Of a stretch of 64,000 nucleotides of DNA, positions 36,399 through 45,527 are shown in pieces. Position 1 is the first letter of the stretch, and every line of letters starts with the position of its first letter. Source of the DNA: Candidatus Ruminococcus equi (GTDB taxonomy: Bacteria; Bacillota; Clostridia; Oscillospirales; Acutalibacteraceae); contig JAGHTC010000009.1 in NCBI GenBank assembly GCA_018065465.1, positions 9,484-73,483 on the forward strand. The letters run 5' to 3'. The notes below the pieces were generated by a model that was not told the origin of the DNA, did no database searches, and saw only the letters and a list, made by a program, of their open reading frames with translations. Made by a program: the position numbers and the translations under genes.

Positions 36399-37781
36399 AT
36401 GAAAAGGATAATGCAGAGAAGTTACCTTATATTTTTTATCACGCTTGCGTTTTTTGCAGGTGTTGCTTTCCTTGCGGTTAAGCTTGTTTTAGGCTCGGCT
36501 GATTGGGTGTCAAAACCGTATAACGGCCATATGGCATCGTCAAGTGGTTTATCCCAGGCGGGCTCTATTCTCGACAGAAACGACAACGCTTTTGTCGAGT
36601 CCGACAAAGACGGAAAAAGAAAATATAACGGTGACTATGATACAAGGTGTTCATACCTTCATATAGTCGGCGATAATTCGCTTAATATCTCCACAGCGGT
36701 ACAAAGTATGTATCGTACCGAACTGACGGGTTACAGCCTGCTTTTCGGTTTGGGTATGCCAAAATCTTTGAAAACGAACTCTGACATAAAACTTACTGTT
36801 GATATAGACGCGACAAAGGCGGCATATCAAGCCTTAGACGGTAAAAAAGGCGCTTGTGTTGTTTATAATTACAAAACGGGCGAAATACTTTGCTCGACGA
36901 GTTCGCTTTCCTACGACCCCGCAGACCCGCCCGAAATAACAAAGGAAAACGAAGAAGAATACAGCGGTGTTTACCTTGACAATGTTGTGTCTTCCGCTTA
37001 CACTCCCGGCTCGATTTTCAAGACGGTCACTGCCGCCTGTGCTATCGAAAACATCCCCGATATTTATGAGCGAACATTTGACTGTTCCGGCGCTTACGAA
37101 ATTGAGGGCGACGATATTACCTGCGAAGACGCGCATGGTACTGTTACTTTCGAAGAAGCGTATGCTTACTCTTGTAACGTCGCTTTTGCAAAAATCGCAC
37201 AGGAACTCGGAACGGAAAAACTTACGAAAACCGCCGAGGAAATGGGCTTTAACAAACAATTTGTAATGAGCAATATCAATGTTCAAAAATCAAGTTTTGA
37301 TGTCAAAGAAGCAAACGACAACCAACTTGCGTGGTCGGGAATAGGTCAGCATACTGACCTTGCAAATCCGCTTCATATGGCTATGATGTGCGGCGCTATC
37401 GCAAACGACGGTACGCCCGTTGTACCCTATCATGTTTCGAACAACACCTCAATTTTTGCAAAACTCGGATTGACAAAAGGCGGTCAGACAGGCGAGAAAA
37501 TGCTCTCCCCCGATACGGCAGAAAAGGTAAAAGACCTTATGCGAAAAGCCGCTAATTACTATTACAATGTTCGCGGACTTAATATAGCGGGACTCGATTT
37601 TTGTGCAAAAACAGGTACTGCCGAAGTCGATAAAGAGAAACAGCCGAATGCGTGGTTTATCGGATTTACGGAAAGTGACGAACATCCATACGCGTTTGCG
37701 GTGGTTGTTGAAGAAGGCGGATACGGTATTTCCGCCGCAACCCCCGTTGCCGTAGCGGCAATAAATGAACTTGTAAACTGA
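36399..37781 (+). CDS. Class B penicillin-binding protein (PbpA-like transpeptidase)
   Basis: N-terminal TM; 'PGSIFK' (SxxK), 'YSCN' (SxN), 'AKTGTAE' (KTG). Confidence 0.92.
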   Translation: MKRIMQRSYLIFFITLAFFAGVAFLAVKLVLGSADWVSKPYNGHMASSSGLSQAGSILDRNDNAFVESDKDGKRKYNGDYDTRCSYLHIVGDNSLNISTAVQSMYRTELTGYSLLFGLGMPKSLKTNSDIKLTVDIDATKAAYQALDGKKGACVVYNYKTGEILCSTSSLSYDPADPPEITKENEEEYSGVYLDNVVSSAYTPGSIFKTVTAACAIENIPDIYERTFDCSGAYEIEGDDITCEDAHGTVTFEEAYAYSCNVAFAKIAQELGTEKLTKTAEEMGFNKQFVMSNINVQKSSFDVKEANDNQLAWSGIGQHTDLANPLHMAMMCGAIANDGTPVVPYHVSNNTSIFAKLGLTKGGQTGEKMLSPDTAEKVKDLMRKAANYYYNVRGLNIAGLDFCAKTGTAEVDKEKQPNAWFIGFTESDEHPYAFAVVVEEGGYGISAATPVAVAAINELVN

Positions 37782-37791
37782 AAACAACATA

Positions 37792-37819
37792 AAAAAGCAG
37801 GTCAAACGACCTGCTTTTT
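37792..37819. terminator. Bidirectional terminator
   Basis: AAAAAGCAGGTC-AAAC-GACCTGCTTTTT between convergent genes. Confidence 0.9.
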
Positions 37820-37829
37820 GTTATAAATA

Positions 37830-38705
37830 TTACTGTTTTCGAATTTCACTGATTTTCGGTTCTTCGTGGTAGATTTTTACATACTCAGAGGGGGCACAGC
37901 CATAGACACTTTTAAACACGCTGATAAATGACTTTACACTCGGAAAACCGTTGTCCAAAGCGGCGGTTGTTTCGTTTGCACCGTTGTTTTGAATGTCCCA
38001 CAAAGCGTTTTCAAGCCTGACAAGGTTCAGGTAATTTTTGAAAGTTTTCATAGTTGCCTGTTTGAAATATCTTGAAAAATAAGTGGGGGTAAGACCGACA
38101 TAAGAGGCGATATCTTCAAGAGAAATTTTCTCGCGGAAGTTCTCCTTGATAAACTCGGCTGCCTTTTTAGCGTATTCGAGTTCTTCCTGCTCTTTGTCAA
38201 TTACGATTTCTTTTTTTGTTTTGCATTTTGTGAAAAGATGAAGAAGTATCTGACCCATCGCACAGGAAATTATCAACTGCGAAAATTCGCTTTTGTTTTC
38301 AATTTCATAGACAATCGCTTTGAGCATTTCTTTGATGCGCAGTTTTGCCTGTTCGTTCTTTTCGATATCAAAAGTGTAGTTATCAAAATCGGGGAAGTAG
38401 GTTTTTATGTAATTGTACGAAAAAAGGACAACAAGATACTTGACCTTTTCTTCGGGGAATTTTCCGCAGGTCTGGTGAACATCTTCGCTGTTGACAACGA
38501 TATATTCACCGTCCGAAATATCTTTGTCAACACCGTTTTGCATTGTCCACATCTTGCCTTTTATGACAAAGTTGATTTCAAGATTTTTGTGCCAGTGTTT
38601 TTCGGTAAAGCATTTACTTCCGGGCTTGTCGTAGAGCATAACCTTTCCCGGTAAATTTTCGTCTGCTGTGACGATTTCATATTTACATCTGTAACCGTTA
38701 CCCAT
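37830..38705 (-). CDS. AraC-family regulator with a cupin sensor domain
   Basis: 'HWHKNLEINFV', 'ISLEDIASYVGLTPTYFSRYFK', 'GFPSVKSFISVFK'. Start moved to ATG 38705. Confidence 0.93.
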   Translation of the reverse strand: MGNGYRCKYEIVTADENLPGKVMLYDKPGSKCFTEKHWHKNLEINFVIKGKMWTMQNGVDKDISDGEYIVVNSEDVHQTCGKFPEEKVKYLVVLFSYNYIKTYFPDFDNYTFDIEKNEQAKLRIKEMLKAIVYEIENKSEFSQLIISCAMGQILLHLFTKCKTKKEIVIDKEQEELEYAKKAAEFIKENFREKISLEDIASYVGLTPTYFSRYFKQATMKTFKNYLNLVRLENALWDIQNNGANETTAALDNGFPSVKSFISVFKSVYGCAPSEYVKIYHEEPKISEIRKQ

Positions 38706-38865
38706 AACAACACCTCTTTTCTTTTTATGCATAATAGCATAAATTTGCCTTTTAGTCAAATTTTATCTTTTTTTCTAGATTTTTCGACATTGGCATAACT
38801 ATATATTGTTTTCCGTCTTGAAATACCACTACATTTGGTGTATAGTAATATTGGGAGTTGATTAT

Positions 38866-39942
38866 ATGAAAAAGAAACTTTCGGCACTTTTTCTCGCCGT
38901 AATATTTGTTCTTTCTTTATGTTCGTGCGATTATTCTTTCTCCGATACGCAGTCGGATATTATCCCTGAGCAAAGTGAAAATGCTCCGCTTTCGGTACAC
39001 TTTATTGATGTAGGGCAGGGCGATAGTATTCTTCTTGAGTCGAACGGAGAATTTGTCCTTGTTGATGCGGGAGAAAGTGACTACGGTTCTACGGTAGTGA
39101 ATTATATAAAATCGCAAAACGCAGACACCCTCAAATATGTAATAGCAACTCACCCGCACAGCGACCACTGCGGCGGACTTACAAAAGTTATCAATAAATT
39201 AGGATGCGAAAACTTCATCACAGTTGAAACCGACCAGAGTACAAAGACCTGGACGAATGTACTCAAAGCGGTTGACAAAGCAGATGCGAACTATATTGAT
39301 GCAAAAGTAGGGGAAACCTATTCTTTCGGCGAGAGCAGTTTTGAGATTATGGCTCCCTTATCCGACAATTACGAGGGCTATAATAACTACTCGGTAGTTA
39401 TCAAAGCAACATACAAAGACACTTCGTTTTTGCTTATGGGCGATGCCGAAAAGCAAAGCGAAAAAGAAATGCTCAAAGCAAAAGAAGACATTTCTGCCGA
39501 TGTTATCAAACTCGGACATCACGGCTCGTCGTCTTCGTCGTCAAAAGAGTTCTTAAAAGCGGTCAACCCCGACTATGCCGTTATAAGTTGCGGAAAAGAC
39601 AACGACTACGGCCATCCGCATAAGGAAACGATACAAACTTTATCAAAACTTTCAATTCCCTATTTTGAGACCGATATAGATGGCACTATTGTCGCCTGTT
39701 CGAACGGTACAGATATCAAATTTTATACTGAAAGAAACGGCGAAATAGCAACAAACCCGACTGTAAATGAAACCAAAACACAAACTGCGGATAACTATAT
39801 AGGAAACAAAAACAGCAAGGTTTTTCATACTCCCGACTGTTCCGGAGCAAAGACAATGAGCGAGAAAAACAAGGTGACTTTTTCATCCAGAGAAGAAGCC
39901 GAAAGCGAAGGATACAAGCCCTGCAAACAATGTAACCCATAA
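38866..39942 (+). CDS. Lipoprotein, ComEC/Rec2-type metallo-beta-lactamase fold with C-terminal Ada-like Zn-binding domain
   Basis: Lipobox 'LSLCSC'; 'HFIDVGQGDSIL', 'THPHSDH', 'KLGHHGS'; 'FHTPDC..GYKPCKQC'. Confidence 0.88.
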   Translation: MKKKLSALFLAVIFVLSLCSCDYSFSDTQSDIIPEQSENAPLSVHFIDVGQGDSILLESNGEFVLVDAGESDYGSTVVNYIKSQNADTLKYVIATHPHSDHCGGLTKVINKLGCENFITVETDQSTKTWTNVLKAVDKADANYIDAKVGETYSFGESSFEIMAPLSDNYEGYNNYSVVIKATYKDTSFLLMGDAEKQSEKEMLKAKEDISADVIKLGHHGSSSSSSKEFLKAVNPDYAVISCGKDNDYGHPHKETIQTLSKLSIPYFETDIDGTIVACSNGTDIKFYTERNGEIATNPTVNETKTQTADNYIGNKNSKVFHTPDCSGAKTMSEKNKVTFSSREEAESEGYKPCKQCNP

Positions 39943-39944
39943 TT

Positions 39945-40994
39945 ATGAATATAAGTTTTGATTATCCCTGTGTGTGGGATGTTTTGAAAAACGAAAAGAA
40001 GCCCATCATCCTCTACGGAATGGGTGACGGTGCCGATAAGGTGCTTTGCGAATTTCAAAAACGCAACATAAAAGCAAGCGGTGTTTTTGCAAGCGACGAC
40101 TTTGTGCGATACCAAAATTTTCGCGGCTTTACCGTGAAAAAACAAAGTGATATCGACAAAGAATTTTCTGACTACACGGTTGCCTTGTGCTTTGCATCGT
40201 CCCTGCCGAATGTGATGGAGCATATTGAAAAAGTCGCAAAAGAGCATACGCTTTTGGTCCCGAATGTGCCTGTTTTCGACAGCGAGATTATTGACGACAA
40301 CTTTATTGAAAAATACAAAGATGAAATAGCAAAAGCCGACTCGCTTTTGTGCGATGAAAAGTCAAAAGAAGTTTTTACCAATGTTCTTTCGTTTTTATAT
40401 ACGGGGCGACTTTCCTATCTCAAATCCGCCGAATGTGAGAAAGACGAAATTTTCGAAAGTGTTTTGAAACTCAAAGATGAAGTTTATCTCGACCTCGGTG
40501 CGTATCGTGGCGACACGGTTGATGAATTTCTGCACTATACAGACGGGTACAAAAAAATTGTTGCCGTTGAGCCTAACGAAAAAAATTATATTAAACTTTT
40601 AAAACATATAGAAAGTTTAGATAACGCCGTTGCAATAAACTGTGCAATCGGGGACGAGATTTCAACTGCCTATATATCAAAAGGCAGCGGACGACAGGCG
40701 AAACTGGGGGACACGGGACAGCAGAAAGTTGATATCATAACCGTTGACAAAATCGCAGAAAAAGAGCCCCCGACCTACATCAAAGCAGATGTCGAGGGTA
40801 TGGAATATGATATGCTCAAAGGTGCGAAAAAAACGCTTTTGACAAAACCGAAACTTAATATCGCCGCCTACCACAAAAGCACCGATTTTTTCAAATTGAT
40901 TTTACAGATAAACGAGTTAAACCCGAACTACAAAATCTATCTTCGCAAGCACCCGTATATCCCGTGCTGGGACTTGAATATCTATTGTGTGTAA
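39945..40994 (+). CDS. FkbM-family methyltransferase
   Basis: 'YLDLGAYRGDT', 'AVEPN', 'YIKADVEGME', 'AAYH'. Confidence 0.88.
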   Translation: MNISFDYPCVWDVLKNEKKPIILYGMGDGADKVLCEFQKRNIKASGVFASDDFVRYQNFRGFTVKKQSDIDKEFSDYTVALCFASSLPNVMEHIEKVAKEHTLLVPNVPVFDSEIIDDNFIEKYKDEIAKADSLLCDEKSKEVFTNVLSFLYTGRLSYLKSAECEKDEIFESVLKLKDEVYLDLGAYRGDTVDEFLHYTDGYKKIVAVEPNEKNYIKLLKHIESLDNAVAINCAIGDEISTAYISKGSGRQAKLGDTGQQKVDIITVDKIAEKEPPTYIKADVEGMEYDMLKGAKKTLLTKPKLNIAAYHKSTDFFKLILQINELNPNYKIYLRKHPYIPCWDLNIYCV

Positions 40995-41015
40995 ATCGAA
41001 TATACTGACAAAAAA

Positions 41016-41034
41016 CCGCTCTATTCAAGAGCGG
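41016..41034. terminator. Hairpin between convergent FkbM and EamA genes
   Basis: CCGCTCT-ATTCA-AGAGCGG flanked by A and T runs. Confidence 0.6.
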
Positions 41035-41914
41035 CTTTACTTTTTATGTTTATATTTACAAGGACGATTGAAAGGAGGACAAGGAAGATGCCGATATATC
41101 CGAAAATATCAATCTGTTCTGAGAAGAACAGCGCCCCCACAATCGTTGCCACAACCGGCTCAACGGACGCGATAACCGATGCTGTCGATGCACGGATGTT
41201 TTTCAAAGCGAGTGTGTATGTAAGATACGGCAGTACGCACGAAAGTACAGCAAACAAAAGGCAAATCCATATTTCGTTTGTGTCGGCTTTTACAATGTTT
41301 ACAATGGGTTTTACATCGGTTACAAGCAAAACGGAAGCAGTCGCAAAAATAAAGGTGTAGAGAGTTACCGTCAGCGGGCTGTAACCTTTGTCTATTGCAA
41401 CTCGTGAAAAGATTGAATACAGCGCGTAACATATTCCCGAAAGAAGTCCGAAAAGTATTCCGTAAAGTGTTACATTCATTTCGCCCGAGAATATTCCTGC
41501 TACGAAGCAACATCCCAAAAACGCAAGGACTATTGAAATTCCTTTTTGAAGTGTCAGTCGTTCCTTGAAAAATATGACGGAAAATATCATAACAAAGGTC
41601 GGTGCGGTGTAGAGAAGTACTGCTGCTACGGAAAGGGATGCAAGGTCAATTGCTTTGAAGTACGAAAACGAGAACATTGCAAGGCTTATTACACCCGTGC
41701 CGAGAAAACACCACAAATCTTTGAGTTTGATAACAAAAAGCTTTCTGTCATAAAAAAGTAAAAACAGAGTAAAGATGACACATGAAATTCCGACACGAAT
41801 TAGTACAATCTGCAAAGAGTCAAGGGATAATTCTTGAAAGTGTCTTACAAAAATTCCTATTATGCCCCAAAGTGTACCTGTGATAATTATAAGTAATACA
41901 GATAGTTTTTTCAT
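41021..41914 (-). CDS. DMT/EamA-family transporter
   Basis: 10 TM segments in two repeats, 'LWGIIG', 'LLYTAP', 'FFKERL', 'EPVVATIVG'. Confidence 0.92.
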   Translation of the reverse strand: MKKLSVLLIIITGTLWGIIGIFVRHFQELSLDSLQIVLIRVGISCVIFTLFLLFYDRKLFVIKLKDLWCFLGTGVISLAMFSFSYFKAIDLASLSVAAVLLYTAPTFVMIFSVIFFKERLTLQKGISIVLAFLGCCFVAGIFSGEMNVTLYGILFGLLSGICYALYSIFSRVAIDKGYSPLTVTLYTFIFATASVLLVTDVKPIVNIVKADTNEIWICLLFAVLSCVLPYLTYTLALKNIRASTASVIASVEPVVATIVGALFFSEQIDIFGYIGIFLVLLSIVLVNINIKSKAALE

Positions 41915-42861
41915 GATTTCATAAATTCCTCTACACTTATTTTATTTTGATTTACCGCTAAAAGCAATTTTATATATGCACAAGACGGCGAGATATCATA
42001 AAGCATAACAGCGCCTGCCTTAATCAGCGCAGCAGTTGAACTGTAAAATTTTTGTCCCGCCTTTGCAGAGCAAAGGAAAAATTGTTTACCGTTATCATTA
42101 CATTTTTTGATAAAGTCAACAGCGGATTTATCATCAGCCGTAGCAGAATGATACAAAGTATGAAGTACTGCTTTTGGTGCGATTATATCAAAGATATCGT
42201 AATTTTGCAAGGGATAAGGCTCTATCATCAAAACGGAATTATCAAGTTTCGGGGGTTCTTCTTTTGAAAATATACCCGAAGGTATTTTTTGAGCGAAATC
42301 GTCTAATACAGTCAGTCTATTATCAAAAAAACCGTACGGCTTGCAGAGAGAATAGAAATCGTCGTTAAAATCCGCTTGTAAAAGTTGCGTTCCTCTGTGA
42401 ACATACATAACACCATCGGAATTTTTGTACGGGACAAAAACGCCTTTTATATTGTTTTCGATAAGGTTTACTGCACAGCAAAAGTTTTCATATCCGTTTG
42501 AATTTTCATCATCGAGTATCTTATTTGACGCAACAAGGATAATCGGGATATCGGTGTCGCAAAAGAGAAGACCGATAAAAGACGAAATGTAAGAAAGCGT
42601 GTCACTACCGCAGGTGATGATAATACCGTCGGAAATATCTTTTTCATTATATACTGAAAGTGCGATTTTCTCGAAATCGGTTTTTGATATACTTTCGCTT
42701 AAGATACTGACGGGCGACTTTTCTGTAAAATCTATATCACATTTGTTGTGTTCAAGATATTTTTCAAGTACAAGCGAGTTTGTGCTTTTCTTTACATCTA
42801 TAGTTTTTCCGTCGAATGTGGACGCTATTGTACCGCCTGTACTTAGTACCGTGATTTTCAA
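41911..42861 (-). CDS. Asparaginase-fold protein with an atypical active site
   Basis: 'LSTGGTIAS', 'ITCGSDTL' (canonical HGTDT), 'HRGTQLLQ'. Confidence 0.75.
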   Translation of the reverse strand: MKITVLSTGGTIASTFDGKTIDVKKSTNSLVLEKYLEHNKCDIDFTEKSPVSILSESISKTDFEKIALSVYNEKDISDGIIITCGSDTLSYISSFIGLLFCDTDIPIILVASNKILDDENSNGYENFCCAVNLIENNIKGVFVPYKNSDGVMYVHRGTQLLQADFNDDFYSLCKPYGFFDNRLTVLDDFAQKIPSGIFSKEEPPKLDNSVLMIEPYPLQNYDIFDIIAPKAVLHTLYHSATADDKSAVDFIKKCNDNGKQFFLCSAKAGQKFYSSTAALIKAGAVMLYDISPSCAYIKLLLAVNQNKISVEEFMKS

Positions 42862-42896
42862 ATTATCACCTCGATAATAGTATATGTCATTTTATA

Positions 42897-42922
42897 AAGA
42901 AACACTCTCCAAAGGAGAGTGC
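42897..42922 (-). terminator. Terminator of the tkt-GNAT-aminotransferase unit
   Basis: CACTCTCC-AAA-GGAGAGTG with a T-rich tail on the minus strand. Confidence 0.75.
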
Positions 42923-42929
42923 TTATAGT

Positions 42930-44033
42930 TTATGACAGAATAATATCGCAGATACGGTCAACATCAGAAAGTGACAAGTCTGCATATATAGGCAGGCAAA
43001 GGACATTTTCGCACAAGATTTTTGAGATAGGTGTTGCACCGTTTTGTTCTGATGTGGGAAGGTCTTTGTAGTACTCAAAGCTGTTGGTAGCAGGGGCAAA
43101 ATATTTTCTTGCCAAGATACCTTGTTCTCCCAACCTATGTGCGATTTCGTCTCTGCTATATTTATATCCCTTTGTAACCATGGGGAAATAAGCATAGTTA
43201 GATACAACGCCCTCTTGAATAGGCGTAAGTTGTATTTCGGGTATGTTGCCCAGTCTTTCTCTGTATCTTCCTGCAACATTCTTTCTCTTTGCGATTTCTT
43301 CCTCGATATGGCGAAGATTGCAAATACCCATAGCAGCCTGAAACTCGTTCATTTTTGCGTTACCGCCACATAGTTGAGAACAATTGTTTTTATATCCGAA
43401 ATTTTTCATCATATAAAGCTTTTCTTCAAAACTGTCATCGCTGTAGCACAACGCTCCGCCTTCGATAGTATGAAAAACTTTTGTCGCATGGAAACTGAAC
43501 ATCGAAAAATCACCGAATGCGGCAACACTTTTACCGCATTTTGTTTCATAGAAAGCGTGAGCGGCGTCATAGATGACTTTCAGTCCGTATTTGTCGGCAA
43601 TTTTTTGTATCTTTTCAACATCACAGATTGTACCGTAAACATGAACAGGCATGACAGCAACGGTTTTATCGGTGATAAGTGCCTCGATTTTTTCGGGGTT
43701 TATGGTAAAGTCGTCTTCATTGACATCACAAAACACGGGGGTAAGCCCGCTTCTACTTATGGCGTGAGTAGTAGACGCAAAAGTAAACGGGGTTGTGATT
43801 ACTTCACTGCCTTTTGGAAAAGAGAATACCGACAAAGCATTTTCAAGTGCTAAATGACCGTTTGTATATAAGGTCACATTTGGCACGCCGAGTATATTTT
43901 CAAGTTTTTCTTCAAATTCTCTGTGCTTTATTCCGTTGTTTGTCAGCCATCTTGAGTCCCAAAGTTCCTTGATTTCTTCACAGTATTCTTCAAACGGGGG
44001 CATTGATGACCTTGTTACGTTTATATTTGACAT
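42930..44033 (-). CDS. Second DegT/VioA-like sugar aminotransferase
   Basis: 'VITTPFTFAST', 'YDAAHAF', 'FSFHATK'; 23/30 N-terminal residues identical to 15380-16471. Confidence 0.92.
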   Translation of the reverse strand: MSNINVTRSSMPPFEEYCEEIKELWDSRWLTNNGIKHREFEEKLENILGVPNVTLYTNGHLALENALSVFSFPKGSEVITTPFTFASTTHAISRSGLTPVFCDVNEDDFTINPEKIEALITDKTVAVMPVHVYGTICDVEKIQKIADKYGLKVIYDAAHAFYETKCGKSVAAFGDFSMFSFHATKVFHTIEGGALCYSDDSFEEKLYMMKNFGYKNNCSQLCGGNAKMNEFQAAMGICNLRHIEEEIAKRKNVAGRYRERLGNIPEIQLTPIQEGVVSNYAYFPMVTKGYKYSRDEIAHRLGEQGILARKYFAPATNSFEYYKDLPTSEQNGATPISKILCENVLCLPIYADLSLSDVDRICDIILS

Positions 44034-44096
44034 AAAAGGCTCCGATGTTTTGATGTGTTTTTATGCTTGAAATTTGCCTGCTACGGATGTGAATTA

Positions 44097-44561
44097 TTAC
44101 AGTACTTTTTCTACTATTATTGTTTTGCCGTGTATGGATTTCATTGTGAACCCCAACTTTCTGAAAAGTGAGAGTATCTTTTTGTTTACTATATACGGTC
44201 TCGCATTAACATATCTCATACCGTGTTCGGAAGATACCTTTATCGCCTCATTAAACAATGAGAGTGAAAGTCCTTTTTTTCGATATTCTATTGAAGTGCC
44301 GGCAAATGTAAAATATGCTATTTTATTTGTTATGTCATTACAGTAAAACATAATAAGGGAAATGATTTTTTCGCCTTCAAGAATCGCAAGGGCGTAGCCG
44401 TTGACTACGACCTTTTCTGCATATTCGTGAAAGTCAACACGGGCTGCCAAAGACTCGGGCAGATAAGGCTCTATTTCCCACAAAAAATCAACTATTTTTT
44501 CAATATCCTTACAAACTACGATAGGATATTCTTTTTCTATATTGGTATTATCAATAGACAT
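44097..44561 (-). CDS. GNAT-family N-acetyltransferase
   Basis: 'AGTSIEYRKKGLSLSL' (acetyl-CoA motif A), 'LFRKLGF'. Start moved to ATG 44561 (GAGG 6 nt upstream); the track's extension overlaps tkt. Confidence 0.8.
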   Translation of the reverse strand: MSIDNTNIEKEYPIVVCKDIEKIVDFLWEIEPYLPESLAARVDFHEYAEKVVVNGYALAILEGEKIISLIMFYCNDITNKIAYFTFAGTSIEYRKKGLSLSLFNEAIKVSSEHGMRYVNARPYIVNKKILSLFRKLGFTMKSIHGKTIIVEKVL

Positions 44562-44580
44562 AGTAAACCTCACGCAAAAC

Positions 44581-45525
44581 TTATTTTCCGAGTTCTTCTT
44601 TGATAACTTTCTCAATATTCGGTTGAGTAAGTCCGAAGATGTTGAGCAGTTCTTTTGCAGGTCCTGAGTAGCCAAAACGGTCATATACGCCGATTCTTCT
44701 GATCGGAACAGGACATTCCCTTGATGTTACTTCGCAGACAGCGTCTGCAAGACCGCCGATAACATTGTGTTCTTCGATTGTAATAATCTTTCCTGTTTCT
44801 TTTGCGGCTTTGATGATGATATCTTTGTCAATCGGCTTGATTGTATGGATATCGATAAGGCGAACATTGATGCCTTCTTTTTCGAGATTAAGCACTGCTT
44901 TTCTTGCTTCGTTTACGGGAAGACCTGTAGCGATAACGGTGATATCATTACCCTCGTGCATGGTAATACCTTTTCCGAGTTCGAATGAATAGGTTTCGGG
45001 GTCGTTGAAAGAGTCGATAGCAAGTCTGCCGAGTCTTATATATACAGGGCCTTCGTAGGCGATAGCGGCTTTTGTTGCTTCAATCATTTCGTAGTGGTCG
45101 GCAGGATTTAGGACAACCATATTCGGGATAGTACGCATAATGCCGATATCTTCAAGGCACTGATGAGTTGCACCGTCTTCACCTGTAGAAATTCCTGCGT
45201 GTGAGCCTGCGATTTTTACATTAAGGTTAGGATAAGCAACTGAGTTTCTTATCTGCTCAAAGGCTCTGCCTGTTGCAAACATAGCAAAAGAGGCGGCAAC
45301 GGGAATTTTGTTACAGGCGGCAAGACCGGCTGCAACGCCTATCATATTGGCTTCCGAAATTCCGCAGTCAAAAAACCTGTCGGGATATTCTTTTGCAAAA
45401 ATTGAGGTTTTTGTAGCGGCAGAAAGGTCGGCATCCAAAACGACAATTCTGTCATCATTTTTAGCGAGTTCACACAAAGCCTCGCCAAAACTTTCTCTGG
45501 TCGCTTTTGTAATTATCTGTGCCAT
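44581..45525 (-). CDS. Transketolase, C-terminal subunit
   Basis: 'ATRESFG', 'DADLS', 'GISEANMIG', 'GEDGATHQ', 'HTIKP', 'EEHNVIGGL'. Confidence 0.95.
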   Translation of the reverse strand: MAQIITKATRESFGEALCELAKNDDRIVVLDADLSAATKTSIFAKEYPDRFFDCGISEANMIGVAAGLAACNKIPVAASFAMFATGRAFEQIRNSVAYPNLNVKIAGSHAGISTGEDGATHQCLEDIGIMRTIPNMVVLNPADHYEMIEATKAAIAYEGPVYIRLGRLAIDSFNDPETYSFELGKGITMHEGNDITVIATGLPVNEARKAVLNLEKEGINVRLIDIHTIKPIDKDIIIKAAKETGKIITIEEHNVIGGLADAVCEVTSRECPVPIRRIGVYDRFGYSGPAKELLNIFGLTQPNIEKVIKEELGK

Positions 45526-45527
45526 AA

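Noticed and set aside
38866-39942. ComEC DNA-uptake channel
   Set aside because: Only the MBL domain on a lipoprotein; no membrane competence domain.
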